A stretch of DNA of 55,388 bases from NCBI GenBank assembly GCA_050506795.1, contig JBJHCF010000037.1, positions 1-55,388 on the forward strand, written 5' to 3'. Positions 27,448-37,180 of the stretch are shown here, piece by piece. The notes under the pieces are model-generated. The model had not been told where the DNA came from, did not search any database, and saw only the letters and a program-made list of their open reading frames with translations. This DNA is from Opitutia bacterium (lineage in GTDB: Bacteria > Verrucomicrobiota > Verrucomicrobiia > Opitutales > T3Sed10-336). How positions within the stretch are numbered: the first letter of the stretch is position 1; each line of letters opens with the position of its first letter. Made by a program: the position numbers and the translations under genes.

Positions 27448-28368
27448 CTAAACCTTCCGCAGCAACCGGCGGGCGGCATCCAGATAACGCTGCTGGGTAC
27501 CGCGCACCACGTCGTCGGGAAGCACCGGAGCCGGCGGTTTCTTGTTCCAGGCGCTGCCGCTGAGAAAATCCCGCACATACTGCTTGTCGAAACTCGGTTG
27601 CGACCGGCCCGGCGCATACTGATCCGCGGGCCAGTAACGCGAGGAGTCGGGGGTCAGAACCTCGTCGATCAGGAAGATCCGCCCATCCTCGTCCTCGCCA
27701 AACTCGAATTTGGTATCCGCAAGGATCATACCGGCCGTCGCCGCAAGTTCGTGGCCGCGCTGGTAAAGCCGCAGGCTGGCGTCCCGAACCGCCCGGAAGC
27801 GCTCCGGCCCAAGGATCTCCGCGCACTCCTTTTCCGTGATCGGCAAATCGTGCCCCTGGTGGGCCTTGGTAGTCGGCGTGAAAAGCGGTTCGGCCAACCG
27901 GTCCGACTCGCGCAAACCCCCGGGCAACGAATGACCGCAAACCCGGCCGTCCCGGCGGTAGGATTCCCAGCCGCTGCCCGCCAGGTAGCCCCGGACCACA
28001 CATTCCACCGGCAGCGGACGCAGCTTGCGCACCACCATGGCGCGAAGTTGCCAACCCGGATCGTCGGGGAAGAGTTCCGCAAGACGCGCTTCCTGGTCCG
28101 GCAGCAGGTGATGCGGCATCAGGTCCGCCGTTTCCCGGAACCAGAACAGGCTCATCTGCGTCAAGATGGCGCCTTTCCCCGGAATGCCCGGCTCGAGGAC
28201 CACGTCGAAGGCTGAAATTCGGTCGGTCGCCATCAGCAGCAGCGCCTCCCCCAGGTCGAAGATCTCGCGTACCTTGCCGCGGCCCACCCGGCGAAAGCCG
28301 ATGTCGTCAAAATGGGTCACCGCCGGCGGCTGCAAGACCGCTTTAAACTTCACGCTATCCGGATTCAT
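27448..28368 (-). CDS. purC: SAICAR synthase
   Basis: GKVREIF, TDRISAFD, FTPTTKA, ADTKFEFG, DEVLTPDSSR, DKQYVR. Confidence 0.97.
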   Translation of the reverse strand: MNPDSVKFKAVLQPPAVTHFDDIGFRRVGRGKVREIFDLGEALLLMATDRISAFDVVLEPGIPGKGAILTQMSLFWFRETADLMPHHLLPDQEARLAELFPDDPGWQLRAMVVRKLRPLPVECVVRGYLAGSGWESYRRDGRVCGHSLPGGLRESDRLAEPLFTPTTKAHQGHDLPITEKECAEILGPERFRAVRDASLRLYQRGHELAATAGMILADTKFEFGEDEDGRIFLIDEVLTPDSSRYWPADQYAPGRSQPSFDKQYVRDFLSGSAWNKKPPAPVLPDDVVRGTQQRYLDAARRLLRKV

Positions 28369-28479
28369 GCCCTTCCACCATGACGGCGGGCCGGGCGGTT
28401 GGGAACATTTTTTCGGATTAAATTCAAAAAAGACTTGCGGGGGGAAACGAGAACTCTACCGTGGAACTTTCCCGGCCGT

Positions 28480-28557
28480 GTCCCCTTCGTCTAGCCCGGC
28501 CCAGGACACCAGGTTTTCATCCTGGCGACAGGGGTTCGAATCCCCTAGGGGACGCCA
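28480..28557 (+). tRNA. tRNA-Glu (TTC)
   Basis: GTCCCCT/AGGGGAC acceptor stem, ccagg-ttTTCat-cctgg anticodon arm, GTTCGAAT T-loop, encoded CCA. Confidence 0.97.
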
Positions 28558-28558
28558 C

Positions 28559-28591
28559 AAAAAAGCCAATCCTTCGGGGTTGGCTTTTTTT
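28559..28591. terminator. Intrinsic terminator (bidirectional form)
   Basis: aaaaaagccaatccttcggggttggctttttt. Confidence 0.85.
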
Positions 28592-28627
28592 GCGGTTGTT
28601 ATAGAAAACCTTCTGTAGCCTGCCACC

Positions 28628-29962
28628 ATGAATAAAGAGACCTCCTCGCAAAGCACTTCCCGGTCGGGTCCCGCGGACCGGGAAACGAACGCCGCCCCGG
28701 TGGAAATCGTCGAAAACGGCGCCTGGTGCTGGTACCAGGACGAAAGGGCGATCGTGGACCGGACGAACGGCAACCTCGTGATCGCCTCGACGGCCAACCG
28801 TGACGGTCACCGTGGGGCGGAGCGGGACGGCGATATCGACGTCACTTTCTTCCACCCGGAGTCCGGCCGCCGCGAAACCTTCACCGTCCACCGCGGCCTG
28901 ACCTCCTACGGCGCCGGCGACGACCACAACGTTCCCGCCCTCTGGCAGCGGCCCGACGGCGGGATCGTGGCCATGTACGCCGGCCACAACAACGAACCGG
29001 TCAGCCGCTACCGCATCCGGCGCGAGGGACGGTGGGGGCCCGAGCAGGAATTCGACTGGACCGCCATTCCCGGCGGCTGCAACTTCCCGGCGACCTATTC
29101 GAACCTCTTTTACCTTTCGGCCGAAGACACCCTGTACAACTTCGCCCGGGTCAACGATCGCAGTCCCAATCTCATGCTTTCGTCCGATCACGGGTCCACC
29201 TGGCGCTACGGCGGCCAACTGACCCGTCCGGAAGGAGACGTCGGTTACGTCAACGGGTACTTCATCTACGCCGGCAACGGCGTCGATCGCATCGACTTCA
29301 TCGCCACGGAACATCACCCGCGGGATTTCAACACCAGCCTGTACCACGGGTTCGTGCGCGGCGGGAAGCGTCACGACGCGCAGGGAACGGTTCTGGGAGG
29401 AACCTTGCTCGACCGCGAAACCGCCCCGCATGTGCACGAGTTCACTCCGGTCTTCCGCGCCGGGACCGAAGTCGAAGGCGCGGTCATGACCCGGGCCTGG
29501 AACCTGGCGTTTCGCCACTACCCAGACGGACGGCTCGCGCTGCTGTTTCAGACCCGGGCCGACGATTCGGATCAGGATCACCGCTTTTTCCACGCCCTCT
29601 TTGAAAACGGCGAATGGACCTGGCAGTACCTGGCCAAAGCGGGCCCCAAAATCATCCCACACGAGGAGGATTACACCGGCGGCGGCGCGCTGCACCCGGA
29701 GGATCCCTTCCGCCTCTGCATCTCCACCCCGATCGACCCCCGAGGCGGCGAAGACCTGGGGCGGCACGAACTTTTCAGCGGACGCCGAACCGCCTCCGGC
29801 TGGGAGTGGACCCCGGTCACGGCGAACTCGCCCCGCGGAAACTTCCGTCCGATCCTGGTCCCTCGACCCGACCATCCCCCCGCCCTGCTCTGGTGGCGCG
29901 GCATCTACCACGCCTCCCAGAATTACGACGCCTCCGTGGTCGGTCTGTTCGAAGGCATCTGA
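28628..29962 (+). CDS. BNR-4 repeat beta-propeller protein (no signal peptide)
   Basis: GAWCWYQD, DDHNVP, TYSN, SSDHGSTW Asp-box, YTGG, NFRP. Confidence 0.82.
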   Translation: MNKETSSQSTSRSGPADRETNAAPVEIVENGAWCWYQDERAIVDRTNGNLVIASTANRDGHRGAERDGDIDVTFFHPESGRRETFTVHRGLTSYGAGDDHNVPALWQRPDGGIVAMYAGHNNEPVSRYRIRREGRWGPEQEFDWTAIPGGCNFPATYSNLFYLSAEDTLYNFARVNDRSPNLMLSSDHGSTWRYGGQLTRPEGDVGYVNGYFIYAGNGVDRIDFIATEHHPRDFNTSLYHGFVRGGKRHDAQGTVLGGTLLDRETAPHVHEFTPVFRAGTEVEGAVMTRAWNLAFRHYPDGRLALLFQTRADDSDQDHRFFHALFENGEWTWQYLAKAGPKIIPHEEDYTGGGALHPEDPFRLCISTPIDPRGGEDLGRHELFSGRRTASGWEWTPVTANSPRGNFRPILVPRPDHPPALLWWRGIYHASQNYDASVVGLFEGI

Positions 29963-29968
29963 CCGCAT

Positions 29969-30220
29969 AAGCACGGAGCTGCAAAAAACGTAGCGCCCTG
30001 CTTCAGCGGGCGTTCTTTGCGGCGTGCGGACGGCGGTTCCGGAAAAGGGAACTCCGGCTGAAGCACGGAGCTACAATAAACGTAGCGCCCTGCTTTAGCG
30101 GGCGTTCTTTGCGGCGTGCGGACGGCTGGTCCGAAAAAGGGAACTCCGGCTAAAAGCACGGAGCTACAATAAACGTAGCGCCCTGCTTCAGCGGGCGTTT
30201 GTGCCGCGTGCGGACGGCGG
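29969..30220. repeat. BIME-like tandem array of GTAG REPs (92-93 bp period, ~2.7 units)
   Basis: Alternating GTAGCGCCCTGCTTCAGCGGGCG and inverted ACTCCGGCTGAAGCACGGAGCTAC. Confidence 0.9.
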
Positions 30221-30301
30221 GCGGAGACCCGGGAGCACCGATCCTCCTTGATGGGGGAACTTCGGAGGGTATAGGCTGACCTACCTTTAAAGAAAACACC
30301 T

Positions 30302-31711
30302 ATGGCCAACCTCTCCAAAGCCACCCGATCCCTCATTTTATTATTGCCCTTCCTTGCCGCCGGAAGCCTGTTAACTGACATGAACGGCGACATCCCAGCC
30401 GATGCCGACGTGCAATACAACGGCACGGAGCTTTTCGAACGCGGCGCCTGGTGCTGGTTCGCCGATCCCAGGGCCATTCGTCATGTGAACCCGGATACCG
30501 GAGCCGATATGACCTGGATCGGCTGCATCGATACCGACGGCACGGTCAAGGCGTTGCAGTACAACGCCGTCACCGGCGAGGAAAAGGAGATCGTGCTCGA
30601 CACGGACTTCCAGCCCGACGACCACAACAACCCGACTTTCCTGGTGCTGCCGGACAACCGGGTCATGGTTTTCTGGTCCATGCACACCGCCGAGCCGCGC
30701 TTTTATTACCGCGTTTCCAAGAATCCGGAAGATCTCACGGAAATGAGCGAACGCCAGGTGATGTCGGTGGAGGGTTTTGGCAATTACACCTACCCGTCGC
30801 CGTTCTACCTGGAAGATGCCCCGGATTCCTTCTTCCTGCTCTGGCGCGGGGTTCGATGGCATCCGACCATCGCCCGCTATTCCCTTCCCGACGAAAACGG
30901 CGCTATCGAAGAGGAACTCGCACCGACCCAGATCGTTCAATCGACCGCCGCCCGCCCCTACGCCAAGTACGATTCCAACGGAAAAGACAGGATCTATTTC
31001 GCCTTTACCACCGGGCATCCCGACAACGAAATGCCCAACTGGCTCTTTTACGCCGAACTGGATGTCAATACGCTCGACCTTTACGACGTGACCGGCGAGC
31101 ACCTGGGCAACGTGGCGGAATCGCCGTTCGCCTTCAGTCAGGATACCGCGAGCGGCCCGCTGGTGGTGGACAACCCCAGCGATTACAAAAACTGGGGCTG
31201 GGATCTCGCCCGCGACGAGCACGATCGTCCGGTAATCGCGCAAGTGCGCATCACCCCGGACGCCCGTTCGCACAACTACTTCCATTCCGCCTGGACCGGT
31301 TCGGAGTGGCGCAACACCTTCCTCAGCCACGCCGGCGGCTGGTTCCACCAGCACCCGCGCAACGCCGAGCGCTGTTATTCCGGGGGCCTCGGGCTCGACC
31401 ACGGCAATCCCGGGACCGTCTATATTTCCATTCCCACCGAAGGGGCTTTCGGCGAAGTTTATGAAATCTGGAAAGCGGAAGTGGATTCCGAAGGAAACGT
31501 CGCCCGCACCCAGATCACCTGGAACTCCGAGAAAAACAACGTGCGCCCCTACGTGGTCCAGAACACCAGTCCGGAAAACCGGTACCACCTCACATGGATG
31601 CACGGCGACTACTACTACTGGATCGTCAACCAGGACAACCCCCTCGGCTTCCCCACCAGCCTCATGGCCCATGACCCCGAAGCCTGGGAACGAGCGCATC
31701 GGCGCCAGTGA
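30302..31711 (+). CDS. BNR-4 repeat beta-propeller protein (secreted)
   Basis: Hydrophobic N-terminus; GAWCWFADP, DDHNNP, YTYPSP, RPYAKY, YSGG, NVRP. Confidence 0.85.
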   Translation: MANLSKATRSLILLLPFLAAGSLLTDMNGDIPADADVQYNGTELFERGAWCWFADPRAIRHVNPDTGADMTWIGCIDTDGTVKALQYNAVTGEEKEIVLDTDFQPDDHNNPTFLVLPDNRVMVFWSMHTAEPRFYYRVSKNPEDLTEMSERQVMSVEGFGNYTYPSPFYLEDAPDSFFLLWRGVRWHPTIARYSLPDENGAIEEELAPTQIVQSTAARPYAKYDSNGKDRIYFAFTTGHPDNEMPNWLFYAELDVNTLDLYDVTGEHLGNVAESPFAFSQDTASGPLVVDNPSDYKNWGWDLARDEHDRPVIAQVRITPDARSHNYFHSAWTGSEWRNTFLSHAGGWFHQHPRNAERCYSGGLGLDHGNPGTVYISIPTEGAFGEVYEIWKAEVDSEGNVARTQITWNSEKNNVRPYVVQNTSPENRYHLTWMHGDYYYWIVNQDNPLGFPTSLMAHDPEAWERAHRRQ

Positions 31712-31738
31712 GCGAATTCAAATTCTGCGGTTCCTCCC

Positions 31739-31905
31739 CTGGAGGGCAACGCTCCGCCGTTGCCGCAATCGCCCCGGACGAACGTGGTGACCCGTTCCTT
31801 CGCAAGCCCCGCCACCGGGACCACACCCTTGCGGCTGCGCGGGAGCGCCGCCCTCCAGGAAGACGAAGCGCGATCTTGATTTCGAATCGGTTTCTACAAC
31901 CGTAA
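31739..31905. repeat. REP doublet / partial element A
   Basis: ctggagggcaacgctccgccgttgcc ... gcgcgggagcgccgccctccagg ... gaatcggtttc. Confidence 0.65.
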
Positions 31906-31914
31906 GCATTCGGT

Positions 31915-32835
31915 TTAGCGATGCACAAGGCAACCCGCCGCCAGCCACAATTTGCGCGGGAAGGAAACAAAAACACGCCGGTCGAAGACCCGGTAGTCGG
32001 CAGCTTCGATCCGGTCGAGGATGCCGGCGTAGATCCGCGACATCATGCGCGCCGTCGGCCGGGCCGCTCGCTCCAGATAAACAATTCCCGGCTCCGCCCG
32101 TCGGTAAGTGTCTCGCGCCCGTTCGATCTGTTCCCGCAAAAAGTTCCGCCAGCGATCGTCAACCTGTCCCCCCTCCAGGAAGCTCCGGTCCAGCCCGTGG
32201 GCGGCCAACTCCTCGCGCGGCAGGTAAATCCGGTCGCGGGCCAAATCCTCCCCGACGTCGCGCAGGATATTGGTCAGTTGCATGGCGATCCCCATTTCCA
32301 CCGCCCGCGGCACGGCTTCCGCCTCTCGCAGCCCGAAGATTCGGCTCATGATCAAGCCTACCACCGAGGCGACGTGATAACAGTACAATTCCAATTGCGG
32401 CCAGGTTTCGATTTCCACCTTTTCCCGGTCCAGGCAACAGCCTTCAATCAGGTCCAGGTAGAAGGATCGGTCGATACCGTACTGCCGATTGACCACCGCC
32501 AGGGCGGGTGCAAAGGGGCGCGCGCTGTCCCCGGCATCCACCGCCGCCAGCTCTCGGGTCAACGCTTCCCGCAGGGCCGCGCGGTTCAGACTCGGATCCG
32601 GGTTTTCGTCGACCAGGTCGTCGACGTACCGGCAAAAGGCGTACACCGCGAAAGCCGCCTGCTTGGAATCGCCGGACAAGGGAAACGACGAGAAATAAAA
32701 ACTCCGGGCGTGACGCCGGGTCACCTCCCGGCAGTGCCGCAGCGCCTCGGCCAAACCCGGATCCCGGCTCCAGCCCGGCTCCGGCGCCGGAGGGACCCAG
32801 ACACGCGGGAGCTTGGCCTGGACCTCCGGCGTCAT
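31915..32835 (-). CDS. crtB: Phytoene/squalene synthase family protein
   Basis: SFYF, YAFCRYVDDLVD, YCYHVASVVG, MQLTNILRDVGED. Confidence 0.9.
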   Translation of the reverse strand: MTPEVQAKLPRVWVPPAPEPGWSRDPGLAEALRHCREVTRRHARSFYFSSFPLSGDSKQAAFAVYAFCRYVDDLVDENPDPSLNRAALREALTRELAAVDAGDSARPFAPALAVVNRQYGIDRSFYLDLIEGCCLDREKVEIETWPQLELYCYHVASVVGLIMSRIFGLREAEAVPRAVEMGIAMQLTNILRDVGEDLARDRIYLPREELAAHGLDRSFLEGGQVDDRWRNFLREQIERARDTYRRAEPGIVYLERAARPTARMMSRIYAGILDRIEAADYRVFDRRVFVSFPRKLWLAAGCLVHR

Positions 32836-32839
32836 GGCC

Positions 32840-33655
32840 TCACAACTCGATCACCCCGGTGAAAACCGTCCGGGCGGGACCGGTCATGCGCACGTTGTCG
32901 GCCTCACCGTTTCCATCCACCTCGAAATCGACGCTCAAACGGTCTCCCCCGCGCACCTGCACCGTCACCGGCTTCTCCAATCCATGGACCAGGTGGGCGA
33001 GAATGGCGGTCGCGGTGACGCCGGTGCCGCAGGCCAGCGTTTCATCCTCCACCCCGCGCTCATAGGTGCGCAGACGAATGACCCCGTCCTCGCCGATGCG
33101 GGCGAAATTGGCGTTGGCCCCCCTGGGCGCGAACTCCTGATGAAAGCGCAATTCGGCCCCTTGCGGCCGAATATCCACCGCTTCGATGTCCTCCACGAAA
33201 CGCACCACGTGCGGCACACCGGTGTCGGTGTGGTGGACGGTGGCCGGACCGCTTTTCAGATCCACCTTCAGGTTGAGGCGGGTGTCGACCGGCCTGGTCA
33301 TTTGAATGGTGTAACGGTCACCGTCGGACGTGGCGGAAATCACTCCGGCGTCGGTCATGAACCGGACCCGTTCGGGCGTTCCCACACCGTTGGCCAGGGC
33401 GAACGCGGTGAAACAGCGGGCGCCGTTGCCGCACATTTCGCCGCGGGAGCCGTCGGAGTTGTAGTACACCATCCGCGCGTCCAATCCGTCGCCGTCCGGC
33501 TTTTCCAGCAGCAACAAACCGTCGGCGCCGATGCCGAAATGGCGGTCGCAGAGCCGGGCGACACGGTCCGGGGTGATGTTGTGCCGGCCGTCGCGGTTGT
33601 CGATGGTGACGAAGTCGTTGCCGGCTCCGTGCATTTTGGTGAACTCAATGGTCAT
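32840..33655 (-). CDS. dapF: Diaminopimelate epimerase
   Basis: FTKMHGAGNDF, GIGADG, EMCGNGARC, ERGVEDETLACGTG. Confidence 0.97.
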   Translation of the reverse strand: MTIEFTKMHGAGNDFVTIDNRDGRHNITPDRVARLCDRHFGIGADGLLLLEKPDGDGLDARMVYYNSDGSRGEMCGNGARCFTAFALANGVGTPERVRFMTDAGVISATSDGDRYTIQMTRPVDTRLNLKVDLKSGPATVHHTDTGVPHVVRFVEDIEAVDIRPQGAELRFHQEFAPRGANANFARIGEDGVIRLRTYERGVEDETLACGTGVTATAILAHLVHGLEKPVTVQVRGGDRLSVDFEVDGNGEADNVRMTGPARTVFTGVIEL

Positions 33656-33663
33656 GGTGTAAA

Positions 33664-34557
33664 TCAGCCTTCGGCTTTTTCCTGATCCTTGCGCGAGCGG
33701 ATCATCAGGTTCTCGCCTTTGTAATAGGCAATACTGTGCGGGGGAATCGATTCCATCAACCAGACATTGGCCCCGATGATTGAGTCCTGGCCGATGCGGG
33801 TGTCCCCGCCGAGAATGGAGGCGCCGGAATAGATGGTCACCCGGTCTTCGATATCCGGATGACGCTTGATGCCCTTCACGATCTTGCCGTCCGGATCGAC
33901 CTTGAAGGACTTCGCGCCGAGGGTGACGCCCTGGTATAGTTTGACCTGTGATCCGATTGTCGTCGTCTCCCCGATCACCACGCCGGTGCCGTGATCGATG
34001 AAAAAATGGGAACCGATGCGGGCGCCCGGATGAATGTCGATACCCGTCTGACGGTGGGCGTATTCGGTCAGCATCCGCGGCAGCAAAGGAATCTTCCGCT
34101 CGTAGGCGACGTGGGCGATCCGGTGCAGGGAGATCGCAAAAATGCACGGGTAGGCCAGGATGATTTCATCATAGCTCCGGGCGGCGGGATCGCCGACGTA
34201 GGCGGCCTCCACATCGGTTTGCAGAAGACGCCGTATCGCCGGGAAGGCGGCGAGAATGTGCTCGGCCTCCGTCTCGGCCGCCGCCGGCTCCGCCGTCTTT
34301 TCCGCAACCAGGCACTTGGCGATTTCCCGGGTCAGGTTGCGGTGCAGCAGCGTCAGACGCTCCTCCAGGAGATCCGCCAGGCGATCGCGGGGAAACTCGT
34401 TGTGACGAAAGAACCCCGGAAACATGAGATGCAACATGTCCCGCGCAAGACTGTCGATGGCCTCCTGCGACGGCAAATTGGGACCGTCCAGGTGATTGAT
34501 CCCGCCGTCGCTGACGTAGGATTCCAAAAGTTGCTGTTTGATTTTTTCGAGTGACAT
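33664..34557 (-). CDS. cysE: Serine O-acetyltransferase (EpsC-type)
   Basis: GDPAA, IDIHPGA, FIDHGTGVVIGET, KRHP. Confidence 0.95.
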   Translation of the reverse strand: MSLEKIKQQLLESYVSDGGINHLDGPNLPSQEAIDSLARDMLHLMFPGFFRHNEFPRDRLADLLEERLTLLHRNLTREIAKCLVAEKTAEPAAAETEAEHILAAFPAIRRLLQTDVEAAYVGDPAARSYDEIILAYPCIFAISLHRIAHVAYERKIPLLPRMLTEYAHRQTGIDIHPGARIGSHFFIDHGTGVVIGETTTIGSQVKLYQGVTLGAKSFKVDPDGKIVKGIKRHPDIEDRVTIYSGASILGGDTRIGQDSIIGANVWLMESIPPHSIAYYKGENLMIRSRKDQEKAEG

Positions 34558-34656
34558 GGATGGCTGTTCCCGCGGAAAGCCGGCGAGGGCGACCGGCGGA
34601 AAGCGGCACCATGTCACCGACTTGCGTTCAGGGCAAGGGGACAGTACAAATTGGGG

Positions 34657-34738
34657 TGCTCAGGAGGGGACTCGAACCCCTACACCTTTCGGCATACGCC
34701 CCTCAAGCGTACGTGTCTACCAATTCCACCACCTGAGC
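34657..34738 (-). tRNA. tRNA-Leu (GAG)
   Basis: GCTCAGG/CCTGAGC acceptor stem, tacgc-ttGAGgg-gcgta anticodon arm, long variable arm, GTTCGAGT; CCA not encoded. Confidence 0.96.
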
Positions 34739-34919
34739 GTGCTGAAAAGGTGAATTTAGGTGGACGCTTCACCTCTAGGCAACCCCAAAATCCGTGAGTC
34801 CGGCAATCCGTATGATTTCTTCCTTTCCAAGCAGCCTTCAGCACGTACAATGGGGCCTTCTTTTAAAGCACGACCCGTATGGAACCGCCGTTCCAAGGCG
34901 AGCGAAGCAGAGGGTTGCC

Positions 34920-36524
34920 ATGGAGAATAACGAAAACAAGCCCCAGGAGCAAGAGAAAGCCGCGTCCGACAAGGTCGATCTGACCGAGTTGCAGGGCTTT
35001 AGTTTTGGTCCCGACTGGTCTGACGCTTCCTCGCGCCCCGGCCCAAGCCGAGACGATTACACCCGGGAACGCCGTCCGCGGCGCGACGACCGCGCGGGTT
35101 CGCGTCCCGGCCCGCCGCGCAAAGACCGGCGCCGGGGAGCGCCACGGGAGCGCGGCCGGCCGATTCCCCCCGACGCGGCGTTGTTCGAACCCACGGTTTC
35201 CGTCCAGTTCCTTCCCGAGGAAAACGGATTTCACGCGGTCTGCCAGGCGATGCGACACTCCTGCCGGACCTACGAACTCTTTGAAATCGCCCGGCTCATC
35301 CTGGCCAAACCCGAACGTTACCTGGTTGAAGTGAAGCCCAAACCGGCCGGCGACTCCAAAGAACCGCCCATCCTCTACGTTTCGGTCCCGGATGAGCTTC
35401 CCTTCGAACGCGAAGAGGATGCCATCAACCATGTCATGCAGCACCACCTGGGAACCTTTTTCGATATTGAAGAAGTGGAAACGGACGCCCCCAAAGGCAG
35501 TTTCCAATACGTGAGTCGCTGCGCCTTTACCGGCACGCTGCTGGCGCCGCCCAACTACCACCGCTACACGCAGATCCTGCAGGAACACCACGCGGCGCAC
35601 ATCCCGGACGTTCCCTTCGACCGCTTCAAAGCCAAGCTGGAAACCCTCCGCGATGAAGAAAGCATCAACGCCTGGCTCGACACCATGAAAAAGGGTGTTC
35701 GTTACACCTACAAGGAGCAGGTCGAAGGTGAAATACACCGTTTCGAATCCGCCGGCGGCGCGCGGGCATTCCTGCTGCGCACCTGCCGAAACCGGGTGGT
35801 AAACGCCTCCCATTCGGCGCGTTTCCCCGGCTCCCGGGTGAGCGAACTGCCTCCCGGCAATATCCGCCGCTCCATCGAAACGGTCCTGCACAAACAAAAC
35901 CGGTTCCCTCTCGACACGGCCAACGGCCTGCGCGGACGGCTGCGCCGGCACAAATTCCATATCTACAAGAAGGGCTCGCACGGCGTTTCCTACGTCTGCG
36001 CCGTGCGGCGCAATTTTCGCCGTCCGGATCAGGTCTTTGCCGAGTCGGTGGGCAATCTGCTCGCTTTCCTGGAGGAGAACCCGATGATTCCGGCGGCTCA
36101 ACTGCCGGAGAAATTCCTCGGACTGACGACTCCCGTCGAAGCGGAACCGCGGTCGAAAGACGAGGGCGAAGCGGCCGAGGTCAACGGCGAAAACCAGCCC
36201 ACGGCCGCGGAAAAAGACCCCGGGGAAAAGAAACTCCTGCTGGATCTTCGCTGGCTGGTGACCGAGGGTTATGTGGCCGAGTATTCCGACGGCAGGCTCT
36301 ACGTCCACCCGGCGCAGAATCCGGAGAAGGTCAACAAAGTTGAGGAGGGATCCGCCGTCGCCGGCACGGAAACCGTTCCGCCCGCCGAACCACAGAAGGA
36401 AACGGAAACGGCTGAAGACAAGGACCTGGAACCGACAGAGGACAAGGTCCCGGCGGAGGAAAATCAACAACCGGACGAAACCGAACCGGCGACCGAGAAT
36501 TCCTCTCGTGATAACCCCGTCTGA
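34920..36524 (+). CDS. Hypothetical protein with low-complexity termini
   Basis: 534-aa ORF with normal codon pattern; Arg-rich N-terminal part, acidic tail, core with PPNYHRY. Confidence 0.85.
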   Translation: MENNENKPQEQEKAASDKVDLTELQGFSFGPDWSDASSRPGPSRDDYTRERRPRRDDRAGSRPGPPRKDRRRGAPRERGRPIPPDAALFEPTVSVQFLPEENGFHAVCQAMRHSCRTYELFEIARLILAKPERYLVEVKPKPAGDSKEPPILYVSVPDELPFEREEDAINHVMQHHLGTFFDIEEVETDAPKGSFQYVSRCAFTGTLLAPPNYHRYTQILQEHHAAHIPDVPFDRFKAKLETLRDEESINAWLDTMKKGVRYTYKEQVEGEIHRFESAGGARAFLLRTCRNRVVNASHSARFPGSRVSELPPGNIRRSIETVLHKQNRFPLDTANGLRGRLRRHKFHIYKKGSHGVSYVCAVRRNFRRPDQVFAESVGNLLAFLEENPMIPAAQLPEKFLGLTTPVEAEPRSKDEGEAAEVNGENQPTAAEKDPGEKKLLLDLRWLVTEGYVAEYSDGRLYVHPAQNPEKVNKVEEGSAVAGTETVPPAEPQKETETAEDKDLEPTEDKVPAEENQQPDETEPATENSSRDNPV

Positions 36525-36624
36525 CGCGGAGAGCGTGGTAGGGTTTGGAACGGAAGGGCAAGGGAGAGGGAACTGAGATTGGCGCGAATCCGCGCGAATC
36601 CTTTTGCAGACAGGAATTTCCGTG

Positions 36625-37059
36625 TCACTCTCTCAATTGGATGGCGTGCTCGCATTCGCCGACAATGGCGAAAAACAGGTTCAGGCGGGGGGACGGCAGC
36701 CAGTCGGCCACCTTTTCCGGCCATTCCACCGCCAGGCAATAAGGAGAGTGCAGGAAATCCTCGATCAGCAGGTCGTCGGCCTGCTCGGAAGTATTCAGCC
36801 GGTAGGCATCAAAATGGATGAGCCGGCGGGAGCCCTCGTAGATGGTGTAGAGATTGAAGGTGGGGCTCGTGACCGGCTTGCGAATCCCCCACCCGCGCGC
36901 CAACCCGCGCACGAAGGTGGTTTTTCCCGTGCCCAGTTGACCGCTCAAGGCGAGCGTCACATCCGGCGCCAGCTCCCTGGCCAACGCCTCTCCCAAGGCT
37001 TCCGTGTCCTCGGCACGCCGGGAAACAAAACCTGCTTTCAGTTCCTTGATTGTATCCAT
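36625..37059 (-). CDS. tsaE: tRNA t6A biosynthesis ATPase
   Basis: GQLGTGKT, VTSPTF, HFDAYRL, VEWP. Confidence 0.95.
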   Translation of the reverse strand: MDTIKELKAGFVSRRAEDTEALGEALARELAPDVTLALSGQLGTGKTTFVRGLARGWGIRKPVTSPTFNLYTIYEGSRRLIHFDAYRLNTSEQADDLLIEDFLHSPYCLAVEWPEKVADWLPSPRLNLFFAIVGECEHAIQLRE

Positions 37060-37180
37060 CGTGAATGCCGCGCCGGATTCCGCGCGGACCGTTTCCCATA
37101 CACCAGGAAAAAGGGTTCTGATGCGAGATAATCCTTAATTCCGGATGGCATCCCGCGCCGCGCCGCGTAAAGTGGGGGGC

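Noticed and set aside
29969..30220. Possible CRISPR array
   Set aside because: The 'spacers' are near-identical, the period is 92-93 bp with alternating inverted REPs, and there are no cas genes.
28480..34738. Integrative element between or at the two tRNAs
   Set aside because: No integrase, no duplicated tRNA 3' end seen, and the interval contains housekeeping genes.
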